From Salisapilia sapeloensis CBS 127946 (taxonomy: Eukaryota; Protista; Oomycota): a stretch of DNA of 64,000 nucleotides. Where the stretch lies: the NCBI GenBank assembly GCA_023334545.1, contig JAADVB010000047.1, forward strand, positions 29,476 to 93,475. Reading direction: 5' to 3'. Each line of letters begins with the position of its first letter. Positions within the stretch are counted from its first letter, which is position 1. Both the position numbers and the translations under genes were made by a program. Positions 52,595-63,472 of this stretch are shown here, one piece after another. Under the pieces are notes generated by a model, which was not told the DNA's origin, did no database searches, and saw only the letters and a list, made by a program, of their open reading frames with translations.

Positions 52595-53053
52595 ATGTCT
52601 CGTAAGAATCTCCCTCGACTCAAGTACCCGCCGTCTCCGGACAAACAGCTCGCGTCGTCCAAGGATGCTCGGAACATGAACCGAGTGACGAGTGGTATCG
52701 CCGGCGCGTTGGAAAGCATGCGGACCAAGATGGAGATACTCGATCGAGAGATCCAGGCCGACGTAAAAGGCAAGAAAGAATACGATGACCAGCTTTTCCG
52801 TTTACGCAAGCGCCGAGCGGACTTGGAAGCGAAATTGAACGAAGGCAAGAGCTGGGTCGCGTCCTTCGACACGATGGTCAAACCACTGGAAGGTAAGTAC
52901 ACGGACATGACAAAAGGCATGGCAGAGCAATATGACGACGCGAAGAAACGGCATGCAGAAGGCATCCAAGTGCTGATTGAGAATTTTGACTACCATCCAG
53001 AGTTTAAACGGTTTAGTGATAGCTTTTCGGCCGTGCCGTTTCGACCAAAGTAA
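52595..53053 (+). CDS. SSNA1/DIP13-like coiled-coil protein (basal body/flagellum)
   Basis: ALESMRTKMEILDREIQAD...L.AKL...SFDTMV...E.KY parallels the SSNA1 pattern IEELCQKREELCRQIQEE...EFDRTI...E.AY. Confidence 0.5.
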   Translation: MSRKNLPRLKYPPSPDKQLASSKDARNMNRVTSGIAGALESMRTKMEILDREIQADVKGKKEYDDQLFRLRKRRADLEAKLNEGKSWVASFDTMVKPLEGKYTDMTKGMAEQYDDAKKRHAEGIQVLIENFDYHPEFKRFSDSFSAVPFRPK

Positions 53054-53099
53054 GACAATGCATAGAACGAGGTGGACAAAAAGAGCGTTATTTCGTTAT

Positions 53100-53519
53100 T
53101 TAAGCACTGCGGACGTTGGCACTGCTACGACGAATCCGTTCGTGGTACTCGAGATCGTCCTTGACGTCGAACTTGGTCGCGACGTAGCCCATGAGCATGA
53201 CTGAAGTGGACGCGATGAGGAAGCGAGAGGCGGCAAAGGGTCCCGTGACACGAATAAAGTCCGTGAACTTCCACTTGTCTACATTCGACGGCACTTGATA
53301 CGTCATCAAGTGCGAGAACTGCGACCGAATGATCCGAGCTTGGGCCCAATAAGCTCCGACGCCTGTCACACCACCCGCCGTGAATCCCAGCAGCGTCAGT
53401 GGCGGGTTCTCCTTGTTCTTATAGGACGCTGGTAGAGCGACGGATCGCCCGATGTTGTAGGTGACATACCCAGTCGTCCCTCCGACGATCACGACGCCGA
53501 CGATGATCGCAGGAAGCAT
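53100..53519 (-). CDS. Small hypothetical membrane protein
   Basis: 139-aa ORF with 2-3 hydrophobic, Gly-rich segments. Confidence 0.6.
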   Translation of the reverse strand: MLPAIIVGVVIVGGTTGYVTYNIGRSVALPASYKNKENPPLTLLGFTAGGVTGVGAYWAQARIIRSQFSHLMTYQVPSNVDKWKFTDFIRVTGPFAASRFLIASTSVMLMGYVATKFDVKDDLEYHERIRRSSANVRSA

Positions 53520-53807
53520 CCTAGTCTACTCAATCGATCAAAAATGAAGTCATACGAGTTTATTTTCTCCACCAACTGCCACTCATAATCGGTGTCAATA
53601 GAAGCGTCTGTCCCATGAGGAGTGATGGTCGTGACTGCGTCAACCTCGGAGGTGTCGTACTTACCCGAGAAGCGACATAACAGTGGAAAACTCCTGACAT
53701 GCGCCTACTAAAACCGGACAGCTCGTGACACCCATCATACTGCAGCTACTTTATCGAGAACGAGCCTACCAGTCAACAAATTCATAGCTAGTGCAGGTAG
53801 CAAGAGG

Positions 53808-55097
53808 ATGGATACATTCTCGGCGTCCATTGGTGTCAAATCGAGCTTGCTCGTCGAGCCGAGCGAAGAGCTCCGTGTCTATCTCGTCGGCGATCATGCG
53901 GAGGCATTCATGAAGCTATCGAACGTCTCGAGCGACCACCACGTCCTGTATAAAATTCGCACGACCAACGTCGACATGTTCCTTGTCAACCCACCACAAG
54001 GTACATACAAAATCTAGGCTTACATGTCTATAAACAGCAGCATGACATGTATTGGACTGGTGATAGGAGTACTACCACCAGGCTCTTCAATGCAAGTAGC
54101 AATCGACATAGCCACGAACGACGCGATTCGACTCCAGTCGATCCCTCGATCCGAACGAACGACAGAGCGCTTCTCCGTCCAAAGCGTGGACATTCCGGAC
54201 GACATGCGTGGCGTGCAAGAGTGTCTCCAGAACCCTTCCATCGACAACTTTTACCGTCTCTGGCGCCATATTCCCAAAGAAATCGTCGGGAGCTGCAAAC
54301 TGTCCATCGCTTTTGAAGACGACGATCCGCAGTCCAGATATCATCGCCGGCAGTCGTCGCTCCACGAACCGTCCCGTCGAGCCTCAAGCAACCAAAGCCA
54401 GTGCTTCCAGTCCACGAGGACGTTTTCACTGTCGCAGCTGTCTCGCCACTCGTCCGGCTCTCGCTCGGACGATACACGTAGATATAATGAAACTAGTAGC
54501 AACCTTGTTCCTCGAGCACGACCGCAGTGCTTTCTTCAGCCTTCCGACGCCCTTACCTTTCGATATGTCGGTAACGTCGCTGCCGTAGACGCGACCACCT
54601 TTTGCATCTACAACACCTCTCAATACACGTGCGTCGCGTATAAAGTCAAGACAACCAACCAGAGTGGGTACCTGGTCAAGCCGAATCGAGGCCTGATTCG
54701 AGCTCAAGGCAGCCAAACCGTCAACTGCTTCCTCTGCGACAGAGACAGCGACACTGATTTGACGCACATGGACGTTGCTCGAGCTCAGCAGCGAGAGGCG
54801 AACGACAGATTTCTCATCGAAATGCTGCACTTGGATCCGGTCCAGTACCAGCAGCTGCTGTCGATGGAGGAGCATCAAGGTCGGAAGGAGATCGGTCGAC
54901 TCTTCGTGGACATGCAGGAGGGAGAAAGGGAGAGAGTAGTCTTGCGATGTCGATTCATCCAAGTCGAAGGACAGTCTGATGGGACAAATACTAGACACAG
55001 TGGCCCCGTGCAGCCGAATAGGTCGACGAAGCGTTCTAGTAGACACGTAGAGCATGCTGCTCGACCTTCGGCATCCGATGGAGGATATAGTATATAG
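53808..55097 (+). CDS. Tandem MSP (major sperm protein/VAP)-domain protein, 2 exons
   Basis: MSP1 is LLVEPSEEL...LYKIRTTNVDMFLVNPPQ|GVLPPG and MSP2 is FLQPSDALTF...AYKVKTTNQSGYLVKPNRGLI. There is no C-terminal transmembrane anchor. Confidence 0.8.
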
Positions 55098-55192
55098 TAT
55101 GTAGTATATAGTATTTAGAGCTAGCTGCAGGAAAGATACTTTCTAAAGATACGCGACGCTTCATTTGACATTCTTGTCCGACTTAATACGTT

Positions 55193-56344
55193 ATGCTTCT
55201 CCTGCCGGCACTAGTCGATTCCCATCCACTGCTGCTGCGTATAGATCCTGATCATGATGCGTGGGATCAAGTCCAGTCCTTCTGTGCAGTGTCTAGCATC
55301 CAGATGATCCGCTGTAGAGGCCTCATAGCTGCACTGGACGACGTAGTGGATATACAGACCAAGTGCCGACATGATACAGCTGAAAGACTTCCAGGCTTTC
55401 TAGTTGGGAACCTCGATGCGGTAGACGATGATAGACCGTTTACTTGGATGCCTGGGACTACAGCAGAGATGGCAAAAGATTTGTGTCGGCATGTCGGAGC
55501 TGATGACGATGCATGCATTGGAGTAGTAGCGAAAGTATTAGACAGCAGTGTGGACTGGATGCAGTCGCTGCCAGAGTGCACCAGTGCTAACATATTACCT
55601 GGATCCCGAAGAGCAAAGCAGATTGCGGAAGTGGAGGACTTGATTACTGACATCCTGCGTGGACGTATCCGAGAGAAAGAGCCCAACCGCTTCGACGATA
55701 CTTATCCTGAAGATGCTGTTGCAGTCAACGCATCAAGTGCCATGGGTTATGGTCGTGCATTGAGCGATACGAAGACAGTGGATGCGATACAAGAAGCGGG
55801 CAATCAGGATACTACAGCAGCTACCATGAACACTGTCGTTTTGGGAACAACGCTCGTGATCGTATTCGGTTTACTACTGCTGACACGAACTGCTCTAAGC
55901 TGGTTGGGTGAAAAAGGTATCAAGTGGAGACTGCAATGGCAAGATCCAAAGAGCGTGATGGTGGAGAAGACCATGTCACTCTCCTCTGCCTGGACAAAGC
56001 GTGGCTGTGATGAGATACATCACGATTTCCCCTCTACCAAAGAAGAGCAAGATCACCTGAGTTGTGGAAATCGATCTAGTCTAATTGCGAGGCCTACTTT
56101 AGGACCAAGTAATGAGACGACGGAAATTGGTTCCTTCCTAGCAAAGCCTACCAAAATGAGCTTCGGAGCTGCGGCGACAGTTCTGCAGATTTCACATGGT
56201 CATATGGCGCTAGAGTGGATGCATGATAAGGCTTTTTGTAAGCCAACTATGAGAAAAGAAGCGACAAGGTCAACATTTCTACTGAGAAAACTTCAAAAAC
56301 GAGAACGAGGGGAACAAAGCGACCGATGTGAAGAGCTACCGTGA
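55193..56344 (+). CDS. Hypothetical single-pass membrane protein
   Basis: 383-aa ORF with a short hydrophobic N-terminus, two Cys-paired repeats (FC..SSIQMIRC; LC..VGADDDAC) and a TM segment (VVLGTTLVIVFGLLLLT). Confidence 0.6.
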   Translation: MLLLPALVDSHPLLLRIDPDHDAWDQVQSFCAVSSIQMIRCRGLIAALDDVVDIQTKCRHDTAERLPGFLVGNLDAVDDDRPFTWMPGTTAEMAKDLCRHVGADDDACIGVVAKVLDSSVDWMQSLPECTSANILPGSRRAKQIAEVEDLITDILRGRIREKEPNRFDDTYPEDAVAVNASSAMGYGRALSDTKTVDAIQEAGNQDTTAATMNTVVLGTTLVIVFGLLLLTRTALSWLGEKGIKWRLQWQDPKSVMVEKTMSLSSAWTKRGCDEIHHDFPSTKEEQDHLSCGNRSSLIARPTLGPSNETTEIGSFLAKPTKMSFGAAATVLQISHGHMALEWMHDKAFCKPTMRKEATRSTFLLRKLQKRERGEQSDRCEELP

Positions 56345-56555
56345 GCGATTGCATTTCAATGAGGAAAGTAGCTGCCGCTGTGAAGTTCCTGGTCAATCCA
56401 AATTTCAATTCGCTTTCTATTTAATTAGGTTTGTATCTATTAAGATTGAAAGTAGAAAAAGATCGACGAATACTCCCGAGTACTACAAATTACGAAAGTA
56501 TTACTATACAAGTTTTGTACTTTATATATGATATAAGCTACTATATTTTCAAGAA

Positions 56556-56627
56556 AGCACTTTGGCGCAGGGGAAGCGTGTTGGGCTCATAACCCAAAGG
56601 TCGGTGGATCGAAACCACCAAGTGCTA
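56556..56627 (+). tRNA. tRNA-iMet: Initiator tRNA-Met (anticodon CAT)
   Basis: 72 nt AGCACTT...AAGTGCTA with an A1:U72 pair, three G:C pairs in the anticodon stem (GGG CTCATAA CCC) and T-loop GATCGAAAC (A54/A60). A T6 Pol III terminator follows immediately. Confidence 0.97.
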
Positions 56628-57193
56628 CTTTTTTCATGCTAATAAGGGATGAAATTTTGCCTTCTACCCAACAAGACTGAGTAGCTCAGCGTGTCTACTG
56701 CTCTCCTAAGACTTTTCAGTCGAAAAGTAACTTTTTAATGCTTACTTGTCTGGTATTGATTGCTGTTTAAACGATACGGCATCTACTCATAATCAGTTTG
56801 ACCAGCTACTACGTTGACTGCTGCATGCCTGTCAAGGCGTACGTGCGATAGGATAGAACACAGATAGCTTATTTTGCTTTTCAATCAGTACATGGTGAAA
56901 CTGTGCTATCCAGTACAGCGACGTCACTTGATGGATATTTATTGAAAGAAAATCTCTGCATGAACTGTGAGTCGCCCGAAGCAAAGCTCATAGCACGCAC
57001 TAGATCGGCATGCATGAAGGCTATATGCCGCTTGCAGCAATGGTGAGTACAAGAGTATAAATTCGTCAATAAAATATACAAATTTGTTTAGATCAAACTA
57101 AGTAGGAATAGTGATCACACTGAGGCGCGTGCGTGCAGTTGGCTTCGGGGCGAAATAAATCTAAAATTTCATCCCTAATTAGCATGAAAAAAG

Positions 57194-57265
57194 TAGCACT
57201 TGGTGGTTTCGATCCACCGACCTTTGGGTTATGAGCCCAACACGCTTCCCCTGCGCCAAAGTGCT
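57194..57265 (-). tRNA. tRNA-iMet: Initiator tRNA-Met (anticodon CAT), identical second copy
   Basis: Exact reverse complement of 56556-56627, with its own T-run terminator. Confidence 0.97.
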
Positions 57266-57728
57266 TTGTTGATTGTATGATAGCTTATATAGTATATAAA
57301 AATTACAATTTGTATAACAGATACTTGGATCCTGTCTTCTCGTGATACTAGGTGGTCATTGTAGCTGACCAGCTACAATGACCATAAATATCTACACAGG
57401 CGAATAGCCAAAGTACTTGATGCAAGTCTTCAAATATTTACACTTTAATCCCAATCCTAGTACGTACTGTGCACTGCAAATACCGAACTAGACGTTGCTA
57501 TCTTGAAGCATGGTCAGCCTATTTTAAGCTACCTCGTGCTGCTGTTGCTTAGAAAGTAGAGCGTAGGGAATGGTAGGAATAGAAGCAGTGGAAATTGAAA
57601 CGGCCTCGTATTTATTCTTAAACGCATACTTGATCAGTGAAGAGACGGCCAAAAGACTCAAAAACTACCTTGTACACGCTGCGTGCACGAGTTAGACGTG
57701 CTGGATCTAGTGCTCTTCGTAGCAAGCG

Positions 57729-60700
57729 ATGATACATACGGAACAGCCTAGCAATGGGCAGTTTAAATTGACAACAGCAGACCTTATTCGGCTCATCGAA
57801 ACGCCGACAGAGCACCATGGGGAACAGTTGGCGAAACTCGGAGGGCTTGAAGGAGTCGCCTCCGCTCTCTGCGTCGATCCTCGCAAAGGCCTCGACTCGA
57901 ACAACACGAGCGATCTTAGACTACGTGAGACGACGTTCGGTTCCAACTACATCCCTCCGCCCAAGCCGAAGGGGTTACTGGAGCTCATGTGGGAGGCTTT
58001 CCAGGACCTCACGATCATCGTCCTGACGGTGTCCGGTCTCCTGTCGATGATATTGGCGCTGACGGTCGGCCACGACAAGAAGGAGGCGCTCGAAGGTGCG
58101 TGTATCATCTTTGCCGTGTTCGTCGTGACCTTCGTGACGGCCTTCAACGACTGGCAAAAGGATCGTCAGTTCCAGGCCCTGAACGCCGTCAAGGAAGACG
58201 AGAAGATTAAGGTCATCCGGAACGGAGAGCCGGCGGAAGTGAGCAAGTTTGGCATTGTCGTGGGAGACGTCGTCCGCGTGGACTTGGGCGACATTATTCC
58301 GGCTGACGGGGTCGTGTTTGATGAGAAGGAGCTCAAGCTGGACGAGAGCGCCATGACGGGCGAGTCGGACTTGATGACCAAGAACAAGGAATTTCCATTT
58401 CTGCTGTCCGGTACGAAGGTCATGGAGGGTCTTGGGAAGATGGTCGTCGTGTGCGTCGGCCAGAACTCCCAGGCAGGCATCATCAAGAAACTGATACTGG
58501 GCAAGCAAGGCGAGAAGGACGCTCCGAAGGCCCCTGCGAAGTCTGCGGCCGTGAAGCCAACGAACGGTGGAGGAAACGAAGCGGAGGGTCCAAAGGCGAA
58601 TGGGACGGTCGAGCAGGAGGAGACGTACGACGACCACGATGGCAAGTCGCCTCTGGAAACCAAACTGGCCAAGCTGACAATCATGATCGGGAAACTCGGA
58701 ACGGTCATCGCGATCCTCGTCTTCATCATCCTCTGCACCACCTTCTCCATCAAGACGTTTGGGAAGGAGGAAAAGGAGTGGGATAACGATTACATCCAGA
58801 CGTACGTGAGCAACTTTATCATGTCTATTACGGTCCTAGTCGTGGCTATTCCAGAGGGACTGCCGCTAGCTGTTACCATCGCTCTCGCCTACTCTGTCAA
58901 GAAGATGCTGGTTGACAACAACCTCGTCCGGCACTTGGACGCGTGTGAGACCATGGGGAGCGCCACAACCATTTGCTCCGACAAGACCGGCACGTTAACA
59001 ACCAACCGGATGACGGTCATGCAAGTGTGGCTCGGCGGAAGCGAGTTCTCGAGCGCCCAGCAGTGCTCGGACGAGATGTCGGAGCGCATGAAGGAGGTCT
59101 TTTGCAACGGCATCGCTGTCAACTCCACCGCCGAGATCTTGCCGCCGAAAGTCGCGGGAGGACAGCCAGAGCACACAGGCAACAAGACCGAATGTGCACT
59201 CCTGCAGTTCGTGCGAGACTGTGGCGTCGAGTACCCTGCCGTCCGGACTTCGACGGAGGTGGCGCACATGCTCACATTCAGCAGTAAGAAGAAACGCATG
59301 TCGGTCGTCGTCCGTCGGTCGCCAACCACGTGCAGAGTCTACACTAAAGGCGCGACGGAGGTCGTGCTAGGTCTCTGCAGCAAGATGAAGCGACTCGACG
59401 GTTCCATCGCGCCACTAGACGACAGCCAGAAGGAGATCATCGGCTCCAGCATCATCGACAAGTACGCTTCTCAAGGTTACCGGACACTCTGCATGTCCTA
59501 CCGAGACCTGGAGCACTCGGCGGAAGAGATCAGTCAGTGGTCCGATGATGACGTGGAACAAGACCTCACGTGCGTCGCGATCGTCGGCATCGAGGATCCC
59601 GTGCGTCCAGAAGTGCCAGAGTCCATCCGGCAGTGCCATCGAGCCGGCATCGTCGTCCGCATGGTCACGGGCGACAACATCATGACGGCTAAGTCGATTG
59701 CTGGCAAGTGCGGCATCCTCTCAGACGGAGAGAACCACCTCGTGATCGAGGGACAGGAGTTCCGGAAGCGAGTGCTTGACGGCAAGGGACAGATCATCCA
59801 GTCCGAGTTCGACAAGATTTGGCCCAACCTCCGCGTCATGGCGCGGTCGTCCCCAAAGGACAAGTACACGCTCGTCACGGGCTTAATGCAGTCCAACCTG
59901 ATGCCGTACGGGCCGCAGATCATCGCTGTTACGGGCGACGGCACGAACGACGCACCAGCGCTCAAGAAAGCCAACGTCGGGTTCGCCATGGGCATCAGCG
60001 GCACTGCCGTGGCGAAAGATGCGTCGGACATTATCTTGATGGATGACAACTTCACGTCCATCGTGAGCGCCATCAAGTGGGGTCGCAACGTGTACGACTC
60101 GATCGCCAAGTTCCTCCAGTTCCAACTGACTGTCAATGTCGTGGCCATCATGATCGTCTTCTGCGGCGCCGTCTTCCTCGGCTACACGCCTCTCACGGCC
60201 ATGCAGCTCTTGTGGGTGAACCTTATCATGGACTCTTTTGCGTCTCTGGCGTTGGCAACGGAAGCCCCGACGCCAGCGCTGCTCGAGCGCCGGCCGTACC
60301 CGAAGACGAAGCCTCTGCTGTCCAAAATGATGACCAAGCACATCCTCGGTCAGAGCCTATACCAGCTCGTGGTCTTGATGGTCCTGACGTTCCTCGACCG
60401 AGAACTCTTCAGCGTCAACGTGGACGCTTGGAAGGCCGAGACGGATGCAGCGAAGAAGGCGGAACTGAACGAACTGATCGACACGGAACAAATGACTATC
60501 GTGTTTAACTCTTTCGTCTGGATGCAGCTCTTCAACGAGCTCAACTGCCGCAAGATCCACGACGAAATCAACATCTTCAGCGGCATCCTGGACAACAGCA
60601 CGTACATCGGCATCTGCATCATCCAGGTGCTCTTCCAAATGCTCATCATCCAGGCCATCGGCGAGTACTTCAATTGCACCGCCTTGTCGTTCGGCCAGTG

Positions 60701-60851
60701 GATGATCTGCGTCGCCCTCGGGTCCATCTCGTTGCCCATCGGCTTTGCGCTGAGACTCCTATCGCCCAAGCGACTTCCGTCGTGGATGGCCGGCATCTGC
60801 CGCGACGCGTACGAAGACGTGTCTCCGAAGAAGGTCGGAGGCCAAGGATGA
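57729..60851 (+). CDS. P2B (PMCA/Pmc1-type) Ca2+-transporting P-type ATPase
   Basis: DESAMTGES, VAIPEGLPLAVT, CSDKTGT, KGATE, MVTGDN, VTGDGTNDAPAL, QFQLTVNV and LLWVNLIMDSFASLALATE. Intronless, 1040 aa. Confidence 0.97.
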   Translation: MIHTEQPSNGQFKLTTADLIRLIETPTEHHGEQLAKLGGLEGVASALCVDPRKGLDSNNTSDLRLRETTFGSNYIPPPKPKGLLELMWEAFQDLTIIVLTVSGLLSMILALTVGHDKKEALEGACIIFAVFVVTFVTAFNDWQKDRQFQALNAVKEDEKIKVIRNGEPAEVSKFGIVVGDVVRVDLGDIIPADGVVFDEKELKLDESAMTGESDLMTKNKEFPFLLSGTKVMEGLGKMVVVCVGQNSQAGIIKKLILGKQGEKDAPKAPAKSAAVKPTNGGGNEAEGPKANGTVEQEETYDDHDGKSPLETKLAKLTIMIGKLGTVIAILVFIILCTTFSIKTFGKEEKEWDNDYIQTYVSNFIMSITVLVVAIPEGLPLAVTIALAYSVKKMLVDNNLVRHLDACETMGSATTICSDKTGTLTTNRMTVMQVWLGGSEFSSAQQCSDEMSERMKEVFCNGIAVNSTAEILPPKVAGGQPEHTGNKTECALLQFVRDCGVEYPAVRTSTEVAHMLTFSSKKKRMSVVVRRSPTTCRVYTKGATEVVLGLCSKMKRLDGSIAPLDDSQKEIIGSSIIDKYASQGYRTLCMSYRDLEHSAEEISQWSDDDVEQDLTCVAIVGIEDPVRPEVPESIRQCHRAGIVVRMVTGDNIMTAKSIAGKCGILSDGENHLVIEGQEFRKRVLDGKGQIIQSEFDKIWPNLRVMARSSPKDKYTLVTGLMQSNLMPYGPQIIAVTGDGTNDAPALKKANVGFAMGISGTAVAKDASDIILMDDNFTSIVSAIKWGRNVYDSIAKFLQFQLTVNVVAIMIVFCGAVFLGYTPLTAMQLLWVNLIMDSFASLALATEAPTPALLERRPYPKTKPLLSKMMTKHILGQSLYQLVVLMVLTFLDRELFSVNVDAWKAETDAAKKAELNELIDTEQMTIVFNSFVWMQLFNELNCRKIHDEINIFSGILDNSTYIGICIIQVLFQMLIIQAIGEYFNCTALSFGQWMICVALGSISLPIGFALRLLSPKRLPSWMAGICRDAYEDVSPKKVGGQG

Positions 60852-61118
60852 GTGTACTAATAAGAGGAGCGTCTGGCGCGAGTGCCCTAGAGCAAGTAGA
60901 TCAGTTTCTTCCATCCTTTCCAATCCAAACTACAGCTTTCCTATACTCTTTCGTATCTAGTCGTGCATCGAAAAGCTCAGGAATCAGATACTTTGATACA
61001 ATTGATACGAAGACCACGTGTGACTCGACTTGAGTATGTCAATTTTGGAAGGTGCTGGAAGCGCCATCGGGAGATTCGAATCATCATTTGCAAATTATCG
61101 TCGTCAGCCAGGTGATTC

Positions 61119-63247
61119 ATGGTCAAGTTCGCCAAGAAACTAGCGTCGTCCGAGCGACAGGAGTGGAAGGGACACTACCTCGAGTACAAGCAGCTCAAGA
61201 AGCGTCTCAAGCATGTGATTGCGTCCACCAAGGACGGACGGCAGGAGACCACGACGGAGCAGGTCGAGGGGTTTGAGAGAGCCCTCGATTCCGAAGTCGA
61301 ACGCGTCGTCCTCTTCTTCCTCGCCAAACAGGGAGACTTTGCCAATACGCTCAAGAAACTGCGAGACGAGCAGGTGTCCATCGAAGGCAAGGACATGGAC
61401 AAGATGCACGAACTCGCTGACAAGTTCCGAGGCATCGGAGACGAACTCGTGCAGCTCCTGCACTTTGTCGAGCTCAACACCACTGGCATTCGCAAGATCC
61501 TCAAGAAGCACGACAAGGCCGTCCACGGACGCAACATCATGGGCACCTACCTCTCATCCCGAGCGGACTCCCAGGCGTCCCACCTCCAGCAGCTCTACCA
61601 CGACGAAGGCATCTCGGCCATCATCGCCACCGTCCGAGCGGCGCTGAGTGAACTACGCAAGGCAGAGGTAGCTTCCATATCTTTTTTCTGTTAATTAAAA
61701 TCCTAACGACTCGGATATAGCAACGCCTGGACTCGAGCGACCAGAAGCAGTCCATCCACAGACGCATCTCGGAGGACGAGCCGGTGCTAAAAAAAATCGC
61801 TCTAGCACGCAGTCGTCTGCAGCAGTCCACTCGCTACGTCAAGTCGGTCGCGGCCAGAGCGCTCATCTTCGACGACGAGAGCTCCGATGAGGACGAGGAG
61901 AGCGCCACGTACGAGTCCTTCCGACGCCTGCAAGAGAGCTCCACCATGTCTCGCTGGCTCAACATGATTTCCACCTTTTTGTACATGGCCAACTACTACA
62001 TTGTAGCTCCGACGAGCGGAGACTATGCCGCCAAGCTCGGTGGAGACGCCGCCTTGACCGGTGTCATCATCGGTATGACGCCCATCGCTTCTCTCGTCGG
62101 CGCCGTCTTGTACAGCTGGTGGGCCAACAAGTCCTACCGCCACCCGTTCCTCTTCGCCGGCTCGTGCCTCATGCTCGGTAACCTCCTCTACGGCGCCGCC
62201 ATCCGCTTCGAAAGCATCGAGATGGTGATCGCCGGACGTATCCTGAACGGATTCGGAGGCGCCAGAGCCATCAACCGACGGTACATCGCCGAGAACTACA
62301 GTCGAGAAGAGCGGACGCAAGGATCGGCCAACTTCGTCACGGCCAGCGCCCTCGGCATCGCCGCCGGACCCGCCACCGCCGCCGTGCTGAACAACATACC
62401 GAACTTTACGGTCCTCGGGTTTGATGTAACGGACGAGACGGCGCCCGGGTGGGTCATGTGCTTCCTCTGGCTGCTCTTCAACATCCTCATGCTCCTCTTC
62501 TTCAAGGAACCGACGCACCCGACACACCAGAAGCAGGATAAGCAGAGCCAGGACGAAATGGAGAAGGGCCAAGCCAGTCCGAACGAAAGCACTTCGCTCC
62601 TGAAACGCCGATCGACGGCCAGCAACCACGACCGCCCGCACTTGCGCACGCTTTGGCGCAACGTCCCGGTCGTCGTCTCGCTCACTATCTACGTCGTCCT
62701 CAAGCTTGTCCAAGAGTGCTTGCTCACGGGAAGCTCCACGATCGCAGAGTACAACTTCGGCTGGAGCACCACGACGTCGGGACTCTACCTCGCCGCTCTC
62801 GGCCTGCTCATGTTCCCCACCAACATGGGCGTCAACTGGCTCAGCTTCCGACACGACGACAGAGAGATCATGCTGCTGTCCGAGGTGCTCATGGCGGTCG
62901 GCATCGCCGTCATGCTCAACTACGGAACCTACTTTTTGGCCCAGTTCATCATCGGAGGCATGATCATCTTCGTCGCGACCAACGTCCTCGAGGACGTCAA
63001 CATGTCTCTCCTGTCCAAGACGGTGCCCAAGTCCTTTGCCAAGGGAACCTTCAACTCCGGACTGTTGGCGACTGAGTTTGGCACCTTTGGAAGATCCGTT
63101 GGGGACTTGTTGGTCACGGTCGCAGGTCTCCCAGGCATCGCCTACGTCCTGAATCTGACCTTCATCCCGCTGCTCGTTGTGACCCTCCTTGCCACCCTCT
63201 ACACCGCTCACACATACAAGCAGCTCGACTCAACGGATGACGACTAG
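61119..63247 (+). CDS. SPX-MFS phosphate transporter (PHT5/VPT-like), 2 exons
   Basis: SPX domain MVKFAKKL...YKQLKK...LNTTGIRKILKKHDK. An intron GTAGCT...GATATAG (about 61668-61719) is followed by an MFS domain (YMANYYIVAPT, GRILNGFGGARAINRRYIA). Confidence 0.93.
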
Positions 63248-63472
63248 TACTTTCTAGAGACAGCGCTTCAGGATATGTCGGCTCAAGCAAGAGGGACGAC
63301 CATCAGCATTTTAGTAACGCATGATATACATCCCCTTGTTCCAGCGTCTTCCTAGTCTTCGTCTAGCCAAAGCTACTCTCTACCAGTGCGCATTTTTCCC
63401 ATCGAGACGATGGTTGGCACAAGAAAAGCTTCCAATGAGATCACCAGTAAGTACCAGCGAAGGCATTCACAT

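Larger units (their letters stand above)
56505..57316. repeat. Inverted repeat (arms about 56505-56658 and 57163-57316) carrying the two tRNA genes
   Basis: The tRNA bodies are identical. The 31-nt 3' flanks differ at one base, and the roughly 50-nt 5' flanks are recognisably homologous but diverged. The spacer is about 500 nt. Confidence 0.9.

Noticed and set aside
53520-53720. U1-snRNA-like GTACTTACC string and a Met-less protein-like minus frame
   Set aside because: The string is just the reverse complement of a splice-donor-like site, with no U1 stem-loops or Sm site. I could not join the frame to a start codon.
61802-63211. 469-aa antisense ORF over the SPX-MFS gene (similar long antisense or overlapping ORFs at 36736-37533, 57975-58753, 59534-60341)
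   Set aside because: These are shadow ORFs expected from strong C/G third-position codon bias of the sense gene. They show no recognisable motifs.
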